DNA of 63,997 bases, counting the filler, from Sandaracinaceae bacterium (lineage in GTDB: Bacteria > Myxococcota_A > Polyangia > Polyangiales > JADJQN01): assembly GCA_947483975.1 (NCBI GenBank). It is 11 parts of 11 records of this genome, joined end to end, with 100 filler letters (N's around TTAATTAATTAA, not from the genome) between each part and the next. Parts side by side here need not be neighbours in the genome. Positions count along the whole stretch, not along the records: positions 47,727 to 53,463 come from CANKOL010000334.1; positions 53,564 to 59,297 come from CANKOL010000335.1; positions 59,398 to 63,997 come from CANKOL010000408.1; 8 more parts are not named here. The stretch is one strand, 5' to 3'. The notes under the pieces were generated by a model. It made no database searches. It saw nothing but the letters and a program-made list of their open reading frames with translations, and had not been told where the DNA came from. Numbering within the stretch: position 1 is the first letter of the stretch; every line of letters begins with the position of its first letter. This document shows, in pieces, positions 52,856-63,997 of this stretch. Both the position numbers and the translations under genes were made by a program.

Positions 52856-53025
52856 GGGTCGGAGGGAGGGTGACAGGCGCGATGCGCGGGGGCGAGGGTC
52901 GGGGCTCAGCGCTGGAACCGCCGTCAGCGTTCACCTCGGGGTCGCCCGCCTGCGCTGAACACGCGTACCCGAAAACTTGGCCAGCGGCGCCGTCCCATAT
53001 AGGAGGGCTGGTGGAGGTCCATCGA

Positions 53026-53463
53026 ATGGTCGGCATCAGCAGCGTCGGCGGCGAGGTGCGCAGTCTCATCCTGCAGGCGCAGGAGGCGGCGCGCGCGCGG
53101 AAGCAGAAGCCGAACACGGCCCATCTGCTGCTCGCGATGCTCCAGTCGGACGGCGAGGTCGCCGAGCTGCTGACGGCGCACAACGTCGGCGAGAACGCGC
53201 TGCTGAGCGCGCTCAAGGTCGTCGGCGAGGAGCCGAATACCGCGCTCGACATCACGTTCGAGCGCGCGGCCAAGCTGGCGCTGATGCTCGGCGAGAGTAC
53301 GCCGCGGGCGCTCCATCTGCTGTTCACGTTCACCTCCGAGTCACGCTCGGCGGCGCACCACTGCCTCGAGAAGACGGGCGCCAGCGCGAACCGCCTGCAC
53401 GCAGACCTCTGCGAGCGCCTCGGCGTCACGCCGGGTCGCGACGAGCACAGCGCCGCGCCGGGC
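53026..53463 (+). CDS. Clp N-terminal domain, probable ClpA/B/C-type ATPase (truncated)
   Basis: GGAGG before ATG 53026; AQEAA...TAHLLLAML and a second repeat ALHLLF. Confidence 0.7.
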
Positions 53464-53564
53464 NNNNNNNNNNNNNNNNNNNNNNNNNNNNNNNNNNNNN
53501 NNNNNNNTTAATTAATTAANNNNNNNNNNNNNNNNNNNNNNNNNNNNNNNNNNNNNNNNNNNNC

Positions 53565-53783
53565 GAGCACTTCGAGCTCGGCGACGCCCGCCCCGCGGCA
53601 CGCGCCGACGCGCACCGCACGCTCGACCGGAGCCTCGTCGAGAAGGCCCTGCGCGGCGCGTCGGGGAACCGCACGCTCGCCGCGCGCACGCTCGGGATCA
53701 GCCGAGTCACCCTGCATCGCGCGATCACGAAGCTCGCCATCGACGTCCCGGGGCGCCTCGGTCGGCCCAGAAAACCCAAGTGA
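53565..53783 (+). CDS. C-terminal Fis-type HTH of a probable sigma54 activator (5'-truncated)
   Basis: Manual translation ...LVEKALRGASGNRTLAARTLGISRVTLHRAITKL...KPK-stop at 53781-53783. Confidence 0.75.
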   Translation, partial: EHFELGDARPAARADAHRTLDRSLVEKALRGASGNRTLAARTLGISRVTLHRAITKLAIDVPGRLGRPRKPK

Positions 53784-53819
53784 TGCGCCGGTTCGCTCAC
53801 AGATTCGGCTTGCGCGCTT

Positions 53820-53838
53820 GTTGAATGTGGATATCAAC
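53820..53838 (+). promoter_or_regulatory. Candidate Fur-type iron box upstream of feoA
   Basis: AT-rich dyad GTTGA-atgtggata-TCAAC 7 nt before the feoA ATG in very GC-rich context. Confidence 0.6.
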
Positions 53839-53845
53839 TACGGGC

Positions 53846-54166
53846 ATGGTCTCCGAGACGACGAGCCTGCTCGACACGCTGCCCGTGGGCGCGTCGGCGA
53901 TCGTGCGCAGCGTCGACTGCGGACGCCTCGTGCGGCGCCGGCTGCTCGAGCTTGGGCTGCTGCCGGGCACGCACCTCGAGGTCATTCGCCGCGCGCCGCT
54001 CGGCGATCCGCTCGAGCTGAGCCTGCGCGGCTATCACCTCTCGATCCGCGCCGAAGAAGCGCGCGCGATCTGCGTGGGCCGCGTGACGAGCGCAGCGCGC
54101 GTCGGCAGCGAAGCGCTGGTCGGCGGAGACACACCCGCCGCGCAGCCTCTCGCCAAGCGTGCGTAG
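53846..54166 (+). CDS. feoA: Ferrous iron transport protein A
   Basis: RRRLLELGLLPGT, RRAPLGDP, LRGYHLSIRAEEA. Confidence 0.93.
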   Translation: MVSETTSLLDTLPVGASAIVRSVDCGRLVRRRLLELGLLPGTHLEVIRRAPLGDPLELSLRGYHLSIRAEEARAICVGRVTSAARVGSEALVGGDTPAAQPLAKRA

Positions 54167-54176
54167 GGAGCAGCCG

Positions 54177-56372
54177 TTGAGCGACCCCGACGCGGCAGCG
54201 GCCCCCGAGCGGCCGCTCGTCTACCTGGTCGGCAACCCGAACGCCGGCAAGACGACGCTCTTCAACCGCCTCGCGGGCGCCCGCGCGCGCACGGGCAACT
54301 ACCCTGGCGTGACCGTCGAGCGGCGGTCGTCACGCTGGGCCCTCGGCGCGCGCGAGCTCGAGCTCGTCGATCTCCCCGGCACGTACAGCCTCTCGGCGAG
54401 CTCGCCCGAGGAGCAGATCGCGGTCAACGCGCTCTTGCGCGATCGGCCCTCGGTGGTCGTCGTGGTGCTCGACGCGACCTCGCTGCAGCGGGGGCTCTAC
54501 CTCGCGCTGCAGGTCTGCGAGACGGGCGTGCCGGCGGTCGTCGCGCTCAACATGATGGACGAGGCGCGGGCGGCCGGGCTGACGATCGACGCGGAGCGGC
54601 TCGGGGCGGCGCTCGGCGCGCCCGTCATCCCCATCGTCGCCTCGCGCAACGAGGGGCTCGACGCGCTCACGAGCGCCATCACGACGCTGCTCGACGGCGC
54701 GCCGCTGAGCCCGCCGCGCGTCGCGCTCGACGACGCCGCGGAGGCCGACGTGAGCGCGGTCGCCGAGGTCGCCGCGCAGACGCTCGGCGTCGACGCGCAG
54801 CGCGCGCGCGCCTGGGCGATGTGGGCGCTGCTGAGCGTCGAGAGCCAGGACGAGCTCGGCGCCGTGCCGAAGTCTCTCCGCGACGCGGCGCGCGCCCGCC
54901 AGCTCGCGGCGGAGGCTGCGGGTCGCGACCTCGACCTCGCGCTCGTCGGCGCGCGCTACGCGTTCCTCGATCGGCTGGTCGCGGAGTCCGTGCGCCGCGC
55001 CCCGAGCAGCAAGCGCTCGCTGACCGATCGGCTCGACGCGGTGCTCGTGCACCCGGTCCTCGGCTTGCTCGTGTTCGCCGTCGTGATGTACGGCGTCTTC
55101 GAGGCGCTGTTCCGCGGGAGCGAGCCCGCCGTCGAGCTGATCGAGCGCACGGTCGGCGGCGCGCAGGGGCTGGTGCGAGGCGCGCTCGCGAGCGGTCCGC
55201 TCCGAGATCTGCTCGTCGAGGGCGTGATCGCGGGCGTCGGCAACGTGGTCGTCTTCGTCCCGCAGATCGCGCTGCTCTTCTTCTTGCTCTCGCTGCTCGA
55301 GGACAGCGGCTACCTCGCGCGCGTCGCCTTCGTCATCGACCGCGTGATGAAGCTCGTCGGCTTGCACGGCAAGACCTTCGTCCCGCTGCTGAGCGGCTTC
55401 GCCTGCGCCGTGCCCGCGGTGATGGCGACGCGCACGATCTCGTCCCGCAAGGACCGCCTCGTCACGATGCTCGCGCTGCCGCTGATGAGCTGCAGCGCGC
55501 GGCTGCCGATCTACGTGCTCGTCATCGCGACGGTGTTCGCGGGCGAGCGGCCCATCGCCGGCGTGTTCAGCGTCGGGGCGGTCGTGCTCTTCTCGCTGTA
55601 CGTGCTCAGCGTGCTCGCGACGCTCAGCGTCGCCGCGCTCTTGCGGCGCACGGTGCTCCGCGGTCCTCGCCCGACGTTCGTGCTCGAGCTGCCGCCGTAT
55701 CGCCTGCCGCTGCTGCGCAATTTGCTCAGCGCGACGTGGGATCGCGTGCGCACCTTCCTCGTCGACGCGGGCACGATCATCCTCGCGATGACGATCGTGC
55801 TCTGGGCGGTGCTCTCGTTCCCGAAGAGCCCGGAGGTCGAGGCGGCGCACGACGCGGAGCGGGTCGAGGCGCGCGCTCAGCTGCGCGGCGCCGCGCTCGA
55901 GGCGCGGCTCACGAGCATCGCGCACGACGAGGCCGCAGACCAGCTCGAGCACAGCGCCGCGGGGCGGTTCGGCAAGGTGATCGAGCCGGCGATCAAGCCG
56001 CTCGGCATGGACTGGCGCGTCGGCATCGGCGTGATCGGCTCGTTCGCGGCGCGCGAGGTCTTCGTCTCGACGCTCGGCGTCGTGTTCGGCATCGGCGCGA
56101 GCTCGGACGAGCACAGCGGCTCACTGCGACAGCACCTCCGCGACGCGCGCCGCGCCGACGGCTCGCACCTGATGACGCCGCTCAGCGGCGTCGCGCTGAT
56201 GGTGTTCTTCGTGCTCGCCTGTCAGTGCATGAGCACGATCGCGGTCGTGCGCCGTGAGAGCGGCTCGTGGAAGTGGCCGCTCTTGATGATCACGTACATG
56301 TCCTTGCTCGCGTACGGCGCGACGCTCGGCGTGTATCAGCTCGGCACCGCGCTCGGCTGGGGCACCGGATGA
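54177..56372 (+). CDS. feoB: Ferrous iron transport protein B
   Basis: [69 protein letters not shown]; start TTG 54177 (GGAG upstream) or GTG 54159. Confidence 0.96.
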   Translation: MSDPDAAAAPERPLVYLVGNPNAGKTTLFNRLAGARARTGNYPGVTVERRSSRWALGARELELVDLPGTYSLSASSPEEQIAVNALLRDRPSVVVVVLDATSLQRGLYLALQVCETGVPAVVALNMMDEARAAGLTIDAERLGAALGAPVIPIVASRNEGLDALTSAITTLLDGAPLSPPRVALDDAAEADVSAVAEVAAQTLGVDAQRARAWAMWALLSVESQDELGAVPKSLRDAARARQLAAEAAGRDLDLALVGARYAFLDRLVAESVRRAPSSKRSLTDRLDAVLVHPVLGLLVFAVVMYGVFEALFRGSEPAVELIERTVGGAQGLVRGALASGPLRDLLVEGVIAGVGNVVVFVPQIALLFFLLSLLEDSGYLARVAFVIDRVMKLVGLHGKTFVPLLSGFACAVPAVMATRTISSRKDRLVTMLALPLMSCSARLPIYVLVIATVFAGERPIAGVFSVGAVVLFSLYVLSVLATLSVAALLRRTVLRGPRPTFVLELPPYRLPLLRNLLSATWDRVRTFLVDAGTIILAMTIVLWAVLSFPKSPEVEAAHDAERVEARAQLRGAALEARLTSIAHDEAADQLEHSAAGRFGKVIEPAIKPLGMDWRVGIGVIGSFAAREVFVSTLGVVFGIGASSDEHSGSLRQHLRDARRADGSHLMTPLSGVALMVFFVLACQCMSTIAVVRRESGSWKWPLLMITYMSLLAYGATLGVYQLGTALGWGTG

Positions 56373-56521
56373 GCGCGCAAGGCTGGGGCGCGGCGCTCGT
56401 CGTCGTCGGCGCGGTGGCGTACCTCGTGTGGAAGCTCGGCTTCGCGTCGCGCCCTCGCCGCGTGAAGCGCGGGCCCGATGTGCCCGTGTCGCGCCTCGTG
56501 CGCCGTCGTCCGCCTCGCTGA
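56369..56521 (+). CDS. FeoB-associated small membrane protein, Cys-free
   Basis: 50 aa, ATGA overlap with the feoB stop, one TM helix ([15 protein letters not shown]) and a basic tail. Confidence 0.7.
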   Translation: MSAQGWGAALVVVGAVAYLVWKLGFASRPRRVKRGPDVPVSRLVRRRPPR

Positions 56522-56547
56522 GTTGCGCGCGGGCTAAGCTGCGCGCG

Positions 56548-56976
56548 ATGACCACGCTTCGCCGCGCCTTTTCAGTCGCCGTCTATCCGCGCCATGCCGG
56601 GCGCGTGCTGCTCATTCGCCACAAGCGACTCGGCACTTGGCTGCCTCCCGGCGGCGAGCTCGAGACGGGCGAGACGCCGCTCGAAGCCGCAGCACGCGAG
56701 CTGCGCGAAGAGACCGGGCTCGCGGGCGTCTTCCCGCGCACCTCGCCCGTGGACGGCGCGCCGCTCGGGCTGATCGGCTACGAGGAGCACATCGCGGGCA
56801 GCAAAGGGCTGCACCTGAACTTCGTCTTCGTCGTGGACGTCACGACGGATGTGGTCACGCCGAACGACGAATTCAGCGAGTGGCGCTGGGTCCGCTACGA
56901 GGACGGCCCTTGGCACGACGCGCCGAAGAACGTCGCGGAGCTCGCCCGCATCGCGCTCGACGCGCCTCCGGCCTGA
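56548..56976 (+). CDS. NUDIX hydrolase
   Basis: Complete Nudix box [23 protein letters not shown]; start ATG 56548. Confidence 0.92.
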   Translation: MTTLRRAFSVAVYPRHAGRVLLIRHKRLGTWLPPGGELETGETPLEAAARELREETGLAGVFPRTSPVDGAPLGLIGYEEHIAGSKGLHLNFVFVVDVTTDVVTPNDEFSEWRWVRYEDGPWHDAPKNVAELARIALDAPPA

Positions 56977-56988
56977 TCGCGCAGCTCT

Positions 56989-57804
56989 TCAACGCGGCGC
57001 GAGGAGCTTGGCGAACGGGTCGGCGCCCGGCTCGAGCTCGGCGAGCGTCGCGGCGCCGGCGACGTCGTCGAGCCGCAGCGTCACGGGGCCGAGGCGATGT
57101 CGGGTCGCGACGCGCGCGCCCGTCGCGAGCGTGACGAAGTGCTCCCAGCTCGCCTCGACGCCGCCGATGGGGATGATGGAGACCCACATCTTCCAGGCGC
57201 GCGGCGTGTCTCCGCGCCCAGCGGGCGGCAGCTCCCAGAGGTACGCGTCGCCCGGCGTCACGCCGCCTGACGCGTACGAGACGAGCAGCCCGCGACCGCC
57301 GCCCGGCAACGCGATGAGCGCGCGATGAGTGCCTGGATCGAAGAGCTTCGCGCACGGGTTCAGCCAGAACGAGTCGTTGACGAAGCCGCTCCACGCCTGC
57401 GCGACGAGGCTGTTTCGCTCTGCGCCGCGCACCTCGACGCCGTCGCGCCAAGCGCGCCCCCACGTCCCGCGCAGCTGCACCTCGACGCTGCCCCAGCGCA
57501 CGCGCACGAGCGAGCGCGCGCGATCCCAGAGGTGCGAGCGCTGCCCCGCGAACGTCCAGCGGACGGCCCCGGTGCGCTCCCACGCGGCGACGTTCACGGC
57601 GCGCTCGACCGCGTGCGCGACGACGTCCGCCTCCGCGCTCGGCGCGACGTGCGGGCGCGGCTCGTCGAGCACGAAGCCCACGCCGATCAGCGCGAGCACG
57701 AGCAACCCCGTGCCGAGCGCGAGCCACGCCAGCACGCGCTGCCAGCGAGGACGACGCGCGCCGGCTGAGATGGAGGGCGCGTCCGGAGGGGCCGTGGGCT
57801 TCAT
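56989..57804 (-). CDS. Membrane-anchored conserved hypothetical protein
   Basis: N-terminal TM helix; conserved-looking motifs HLWDR, FVNDSFWLNP, GGVTPGDAYLW, WKMWVSIIPIGG; start ATG 57804. Confidence 0.75.
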   Translation of the reverse strand: MKPTAPPDAPSISAGARRPRWQRVLAWLALGTGLLVLALIGVGFVLDEPRPHVAPSAEADVVAHAVERAVNVAAWERTGAVRWTFAGQRSHLWDRARSLVRVRWGSVEVQLRGTWGRAWRDGVEVRGAERNSLVAQAWSGFVNDSFWLNPCAKLFDPGTHRALIALPGGGRGLLVSYASGGVTPGDAYLWELPPAGRGDTPRAWKMWVSIIPIGGVEASWEHFVTLATGARVATRHRLGPVTLRLDDVAGAATLAELEPGADPFAKLLAPR

Positions 57805-57883
57805 CGCCGCACTCTGGGGTGAGCGGCGGATCTGACAAGCCTCCACGCCCCCGCCTCGAGCGAACCCGTGATACCGTAAGATT

Positions 57884-59297
57884 ATGTCGGATATGGCGAC
57901 TTGCCGAGGCTGCGGAGGCAGCCACTTCGCGAACGAGGCGCTCTGCCCGCGCACGAAGCGTCCGATCAGCGAGGGACACTGGGGCTCGCTCGTTGGTCCC
58001 TATCGCGTCGGCAAGCTCCTCGGCGCCGGTGGCTTCGGCGCGGTGCACGCCGCCGAGGACACGCGCACGGGCGTGACCGTCGCGCTGAAGCTGCTCCACC
58101 CTGAGCTCGTCACCGACCGCGACACGATCGATCGCTTCATCAGGGAGGCGGAGGTCACGGCGCGCGCCGGCAATCCACACATCGTCCGCGTCCTCGAGGC
58201 GTCCTTCACCGAGCGCGCGGTCTACGTCGCGCTCGAGCTGATCGCGGGGGACACGCTCGCCAACACGCTGCGAGGCGGCGCGCTCCCGGCGGAGCAAGCC
58301 GTCGACATCGCCATTCAGATGCTCGACGGACTCGCCGTCGCGCACGCGCTCGGGATCATCCACCGCGATGTGAAGCCGACCAACGTCTTCCTCGCGGACA
58401 CGCCCGACGAGCCCCGCTCGCTCGTGAAGCTCCTCGACTTCGGCATCGGGCGCTTGCTCGGCGCCGACGAGCACCAGCGCCTGACGCGCACCGGCACCCA
58501 GCTCGGCACGCCGCACTTCATGGCCCCTGAGCAGGTCATCGACGCCAAGCGCGCCGACGCGCGCGCCGACCTCTACGCCGTCGCGGTCACGCTCTTCGCG
58601 ATGCTCTCGGCGACTCGCCCCTACGGGCAGGCGGCGATCGGCGAGTGGATCGCCCTGATCACCCGCGGCACCCCGGCGCCCCCGGTCACGTCCCCCTTCG
58701 GACGCCTGCCGCCGCTGCTCGTCGAGGTCGTCGCGATTGGCCTCTCGCTCGATCCGGCCAGGCGTTTTCAGGACGCGGGCTCGTTCGCGCGCGCGCTGCT
58801 CGACTCCCTTCCGAGCTCCAAGGCGAGCACCCGCGCGCTCCCCGCGATCGCCGCGACCGCCACCTTCCAGCACGCCCCGAACCGGCGACCGTCGCCGCTC
58901 GCGAGCGAGGAGCCGACCCGACGTCCGTCGCGCGTCAGCCTGCTCCCGGTCTACGTCGGCACGCCGGAGCCTCCGACTGCCACCGTCCGCCACAGCGTCC
59001 AGCCCCCGCCAACTGCCAGCGCTCCGCCGAAGCGCGCTCCGCTGCTCCTCGGAGGTGTGCTGCTCGTCGTCGCCATGTTGGGCGCCGCGGGAGCGTTCGT
59101 CGCAGGGCTCATCCTCGTGCGCGTCGGGCGCGCGTCCACGCGGCCCGCCCTCGCGCTCCAGTTCCCGCCGCCAGCGCCACCGACGGTCGCTCTGCCGAAC
59201 GTCGGCGCCGCGCCGCCGACGCCGGTGTTGATGGCCGTGGCGCTGCCCGCCCTGCCCGCGATCGCGCTGAACGCGGGCGCACTGCCCGCCGGTGCAC
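57884..59297 (+). CDS. Hanks-type Ser/Thr protein kinase with TM helix (3'-truncated)
   Basis: LGAGGFGAV, VALK, HRDVKPTN, DFG, GTPHFMAPE, DLYAV; N-terminal CRGC..H..CP motif. Confidence 0.95.
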
Positions 59298-59397
59298 NNN
59301 NNNNNNNNNNNNNNNNNNNNNNNNNNNNNNNNNNNNNNNNNTTAATTAATTAANNNNNNNNNNNNNNNNNNNNNNNNNNNNNNNNNNNNNNNNNNNN

Positions 59398-59971
59398 CCT
59401 CCGCCTGCGCGTCCCGCTCGCGCTGCTCACGCAGCAGCCGCTCGCGCTCCTCCGCGGCGGCCGCGTCCGCGCCGCCCGTCAGCCGCAGCGAGTCTTCCCC
59501 GAGCCCCGCCGGGCGCACCAGGCTCGCGAGCACGTCGCGCAGGCGCTCGGTCTCCTCGTCGACCACGACCAGCACATCGAGCTCTTCCACTCGACGGATC
59601 GGCGCGTAGCCTGCGCGCAGCAGCAGCCGGTACTGCCCAGTCAGCGGGTGCACCTCGGTCGTCAGCACCCACGCGGCGCCGTTCGCCTGCGCGATGGCGA
59701 CGAGCTCGTCCGAGGTGTGCGGCGTCCCGACGATGCCCGCGCGCTGGATGATGTTCCCCGTGAGCACCGTGTGCCCGAGCGCGCGCAGCGTCGCCGCGAG
59801 CGCGTCCTCGACGTCGGCGCGGCGGAGGTCGTCGGCGTTGCCCTCGGGCGGCAAGAGCACGATCTGGTCAGCGCGCGCGACGCTCGGCAGCGCGCCGAGC
59901 ACCAGGAGCGCGCAGCCCTGCGACGCGAGGCAGAGGGCGGCGAGCGTGAACGAGGCGCGGAGTTTCGTCAT
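59398..59971 (-). CDS. Secreted hypothetical protein (3'-truncated)
   Basis: Signal-like N-terminus, alpha/beta domain, then a charged coiled coil running into the linker. Confidence 0.6.
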
Positions 59972-60080
59972 GGTGGAGAGAACCCTCGTTCACGCTTCGA
60001 CGCGCGGGCGTTCAGTTCGTGCGGCTTTGCTGAGCTGCGCGCCGCACGCCTTGCTCCCCGAGCAAGCCGTGGGCCAAGCG

Positions 60081-60587
<507 letters not shown>

Positions 60588-60632
60588 GCGCCGTTCTTGC
60601 CGTGCGCGCCGGGCCGCTGCAAGGTCGCCCGC

Positions 60633-61601
60633 GTGAAGACCTCGCTCACCGGCATCAAGCCGACCGGCACCCCGCACCTCGGCAACCTGCTCGGCGCGAT
60701 CCGCCCCGCGCTGACGCTCGCGGACGAGTACCGCTCGCTCTACTTCATCGCGGACTATCACGCGTTCACGGCGACCCACGATCCGAAGGCCCTCCGAGCG
60801 CACGTCTACGACGTCGCGGCGACCTGGCTCGCGTGCGGGCTCGACCCGGCGAAGACCATCTTCTTCCGACAGTCGTCCATCCCCGAGGTCTTCGAGCTTT
60901 CCTGGATCTTCCAGTGTCTCGTCGCCGCGGGCCAGCTCGAGCGCGGGCACGCGTACAAGGACGCCCTCGCCCGCGGCGAGTCGCCGAACGCAGGGCTCTT
61001 CGCGTATCCGCTCCTGATGGCGGCGGACATCATCCTCTACGACGCGGACGTCGTGCCCGTCGGCAAGGATCAGAAGCAGCACCTCGAGATCGCGCGCGAC
61101 GTCGCGGTGCGCGTCAATCACCTGTTCGGCGAGGGCACGGTCGTCGTCCCGGAGCCGAAGATCGAGGAGCAATTGCAGGTACCGGGGCTCGACGGACGCA
61201 AGATGTCGAAGAGCTACGACAACTACGTCGCCATCTTCGCGACGCAAAAAGAGCTGAAGAGCGCGGTGATGAAGATCGTGACGGGCTCCGAAGCGCTCGA
61301 CGCGCCGAAGGAGCCTGAGGGCACGACGGTCTTCACGCTCTACCGCGCGGTCGCGAGCGCGAGCGAGGCCGAGGAGCAAGCGCGGAAGCTGCGCGCCGGG
61401 GGCTACGGCTGGGGGCACGCGAAGCAGGCGCTGTTCGAGGCGATCGACGCAGAGGTCGGGCCGAAGCGCGCGCTCTACGCGGAGCTACGCCAGGACGAGG
61501 CCGCGCTCGATCGCGTGCTCGACGAGGGCGCCGAGAAGGCGCGGACCATCGCGCACCGCACGATGCAGCGGGTGCGCGCGCGCATCGGGATCGCGCGCTG
61601 A
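60633..61601 (+). CDS. trpS: Tryptophanyl-tRNA synthetase
   Basis: [46 protein letters not shown]; start GTG 60633. Confidence 0.97.
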   Translation: MKTSLTGIKPTGTPHLGNLLGAIRPALTLADEYRSLYFIADYHAFTATHDPKALRAHVYDVAATWLACGLDPAKTIFFRQSSIPEVFELSWIFQCLVAAGQLERGHAYKDALARGESPNAGLFAYPLLMAADIILYDADVVPVGKDQKQHLEIARDVAVRVNHLFGEGTVVVPEPKIEEQLQVPGLDGRKMSKSYDNYVAIFATQKELKSAVMKIVTGSEALDAPKEPEGTTVFTLYRAVASASEAEEQARKLRAGGYGWGHAKQALFEAIDAEVGPKRALYAELRQDEAALDRVLDEGAEKARTIAHRTMQRVRARIGIAR

Positions 61602-61615
61602 GCGAAGCGCCGGGC

Positions 61616-62197
61616 TCAGCCGCTGGTCGGCTGGCGCGCGGCTTCGACGTGCGGGGCGTCGTCGGGGAGGTCGCTCGCGGGTCCACCGCTCGCGGGCCGA
61701 TTGGTCGAGGGCCCACCGCTCGAGGGCTCGTCGGTCGCCGGCTCGTCGCTCCCCGTGCGGAGCGCGGCGGGAACGGCGAGGTCGAGGAGGCGCGCGTCGC
61801 CGCTGACGACGGACTCGCGGGCGAGCACGAAGCTGTTGCCGGACTGCTCCCAGCGCTGCCGGACGCGCGTCGTCGAGAGCTCCATCGTGTCGAGCGAGTA
61901 CCAGTTCACGGTGAGGATCGCGGTCGCGCTCTCCTCGTCTTGCGCCATGCGCAGCATGGAGACGTCGAGGTCGGCGATCTCGATGCCCTGCCCCCAGCGC
62001 GCGTGCGCCTGCACGAAGCGGGCGCGGAACGCCGGCGCGACGCGGTCGGCGGCGAGCTCGGCGCGGCCCCAGCGCGTCTCGTCCATCATGTCGTGCACTG
62101 CGTCCGTGAGCGCGGCGGTGCGCCCCTGACCTTGGAGGAGGCAGCCCGCGCTGCAGAGCATCGAGGCGAGGACGAGGGTGAGCAGGACGCGCGGCAT
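61616..62197 (-). CDS. Putative lipoprotein
   Basis: Lipobox SAGC; compact domain (RWGR...VNWY...QRW) and a low-complexity tail. Confidence 0.75.
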   Translation of the reverse strand: MPRVLLTLVLASMLCSAGCLLQGQGRTAALTDAVHDMMDETRWGRAELAADRVAPAFRARFVQAHARWGQGIEIADLDVSMLRMAQDEESATAILTVNWYSLDTMELSTTRVRQRWEQSGNSFVLARESVVSGDARLLDLAVPAALRTGSDEPATDEPSSGGPSTNRPASGGPASDLPDDAPHVEAARQPTSG

Positions 62198-62266
62198 GGG
62201 CCCGACGCTACGGCGCAGAGCACGGAGGTCGCAACAAATCGGTGAGCCCTGCTACGCTGCGGAGTC

Positions 62267-63388
62267 GTGCGTGTCGCCTCACTTCGCTTCGTCGCTCTCG
62301 TCGCGGCCGCCGCCAGCCTCTCGGCGTGCGTGGTGTACGACCCCGCGCTCCTCGCCGACGCTGGGGCCGGGGTCGACGGCGGGCCGCGCCGCGACGCGGG
62401 CCCGGTCTGCACGACCTGCCCCGCGGGTCGCCCGCCGCCGCGCCCCTCAGGCCCCGACGGTGACGGCCCCGAGGCGTTCTACGCGCTGCGCAACATCCAG
62501 CTGGTCCAGGACCGCGACCGCTGGCGCACGATCGGCTACGACCTCGACGGCCTCGACACCCAGGACGTCAGCGATCCCGTCGAGTGCACGCCGGGCATGG
62601 GCCGCGATCCGGAGACGGACGGCGAGGGCGGCGTCGACAACGCGTTCGGGCACCTGATCACGCCGCTCTTGCTCGCAGCGGAGCCGACGTTCGCGTCCGA
62701 TGGGCAAGCGAACGAGACCGCCGGCCTCGGCGCGGTGCTCGTCCGCGTGACCGGCTGGAACGGCGGGCGCAACGACTCGCTCGTCAACGTCACGGTGACG
62801 CAGAGCGTCTTCGGGACGCCCAAGGTGGACGGCGGCGTGCCCGACGCGAGCGTGCCCGACGGCGGCGTGAACTACGACGCGGGCGTGCCGCCGCTGCCCC
62901 GCTGGGACGGCAACGACGCCTGGTGGGGCCGCTCGGACTCGTTCTTCAGCGGGGATCCCCTGCGCCCGCGCATCGCGGACGACAACGCGTACGTCGCGGA
63001 CGGCACGATCGTCATGCGCCTGCCGGATCGGCGCGAGATCATCTTCTCCGGCGACACGCAGGGCGTGGTGTTCAAGCTGACCGACGCGACGCTGACGGTG
63101 CACGTGCTCGCCGACGGCAACACGGTCGATCAGGCGCTGCTCTCGGGGCGCTGGGCGTCCAACGACATCCTCGACGCGATCCCGTTCGTCGGCGTCTGCC
63201 CGGCGACGAGCAACTACACGCTGCTCAGCAACTTGCTCGCGACCTCGGTGGACCTGCGCTCGGCTCCAGGCTCGGGCGGCGCGGGCGTGATCTGCGACGC
63301 GCTCAGCGTCGGGATCGGCTTCTCCGGCATCCGCGCGACCTGGGCGGGGACCGCGGTCGGGTACACGCTCGCGAATCGCTGCATGTAG
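62267..63388 (+). CDS. Putative lipoprotein, myxobacterial type
   Basis: Lipobox LSAC; IGYDLDGLDT..C...DGEGGVDNAFG; C-terminal CDALSVGIGF. Confidence 0.8.
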   Translation: MRVASLRFVALVAAAASLSACVVYDPALLADAGAGVDGGPRRDAGPVCTTCPAGRPPPRPSGPDGDGPEAFYALRNIQLVQDRDRWRTIGYDLDGLDTQDVSDPVECTPGMGRDPETDGEGGVDNAFGHLITPLLLAAEPTFASDGQANETAGLGAVLVRVTGWNGGRNDSLVNVTVTQSVFGTPKVDGGVPDASVPDGGVNYDAGVPPLPRWDGNDAWWGRSDSFFSGDPLRPRIADDNAYVADGTIVMRLPDRREIIFSGDTQGVVFKLTDATLTVHVLADGNTVDQALLSGRWASNDILDAIPFVGVCPATSNYTLLSNLLATSVDLRSAPGSGGAGVICDALSVGIGFSGIRATWAGTAVGYTLANRCM

Positions 63389-63404
63389 CGCAGAGGTGGC
63401 GCGC

Positions 63405-63997
63405 TCAGCGCGTCCCGCCGAGACGCGCGCGGGCTTCGCGGCTCTGCGGGTCGAGGCTCAGCGCCTCGCGATAGGCGCGCTGCGCGTCGGCGCGACGGCC
63501 GAGCAGCGCGAGCGCGTCCCCCTGAATCACTCGATACGCCGACCGTCGCGGGCGGACGGCGACGGCGCGCTCAGCGTAGGAGAGCGCTTGCGGGCCAGCG
63601 TGTCGCGCGAGGTGCAGGCGCGCGAGGCCGGCGAGGGCGTGCGGGTTGCGTGACTCGGCGGCGAGCGCCTCGAGGTAGATCACCTCCGCTTGCCGCAGAT
63701 CGCCCGCCGCGACGATGCGGTTCGCGCGGACGACGAGGCGGTCACCCGGCGAGACGTTCAGGTCGGGGCCGGGATCCTCGGGCGACACGTCGGAGCCGGT
63801 CAGCGCAGTGGGCGGGGCGACCGCTGGGGCGACGGTTGGGGCGACGGGCGGCGCGTCCCGTGGCACCTCGGGAAGCGCCGCGATCTGCGGCACCTCGGGA
63901 AGCGCCGCGATCTGCGGCACCTCGGGAAGCGCCGCGATCTGCGGCACCTCGGGAAGCGCCGCGATCTGCGGCACCTCGGGAAGCGCCGCGATCTGCG
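63405..63997 (-). CDS. C-terminal TPR-repeat protein (5' end outside the window)
   Basis: Three TPR-like units (YLEALAAESRNPHALAGLA, AERAVAVRPRRSAY, YREALSLDP); frame open to the window edge. Confidence 0.8.
   Translation of the reverse strand, partial: QIAALPEVPQIAALPEVPQIAALPEVPQIAALPEVPQIAALPEVPRDAPPVAPTVAPAVAPPTALTGSDVSPEDPGPDLNVSPGDRLVVRANRIVAAGDLRQAEVIYLEALAAESRNPHALAGLARLHLARHAGPQALSYAERAVAVRPRRSAYRVIQGDALALLGRRADAQRAYREALSLDPQSREARARLGGTR
63862..63996. repeat. Perfect 27-bp coding tandem repeat, at least 5 copies (PQIAALPEV)
   Basis: GGCACCTCGGGAAGCGCCGCGATCTGC at 63862, 63889, 63916, 63943 and 63970. Confidence 0.95.

Overview
This is not one continuous locus. It is 11 short contigs joined by ten artificial 100-nt linkers (N44-TTAATTAATTAA-N44). 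The nine complete internal contigs shrink steadily from 5908 to 5734 bp, as expected for a size-sorted draft or metagenome-assembled genome, so gene neighbourhood means something only inside a contig. Very high GC, many Cys-rich lipoproteins with acidic DAG/DLG linkers, Ser/Thr kinase, sigma54 activator, MshEN and atypical Hsp70 genes point to a myxobacterium (Myxococcota, probably Polyangia; inference). Most content is housekeeping or ordinary: argG, moxR-DUF58, glpK, beta-carbonic anhydrase, sbcDC, murB, tesB, serS, purU, prfC, nagZ, hflX, rnc, pbpC, zapA-ygfA, holA, feoAB, trpS. I saw no rRNA, tRNA, CRISPR array, transposase or prophage. The best candidate for an undescribed system is on the contig at 41835-47626: a sigma54 activator gene, a 9-copy non-coding 23/25-bp hairpin repeat array, a candidate upstream activator site and sigma54 promoter driving a degenerate FliA/WhiG-like sigma factor, then a PLC-like lipoprotein and a convergent lone receiver gene with its own sigma54-type promoter. 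Also notable: a ~130-bp palindromic element read in frame at the start of a MoxR-operon gene, a GTAG-REP doublet that supplies the stop codons of both flanking genes, two unrelated 42-bp tandem arrays, an Hsp70/J-domain/MshEN cluster, and zapA-ygfA with no room for the usual 6S RNA. Novelty claims are inferences; no database search could be run.
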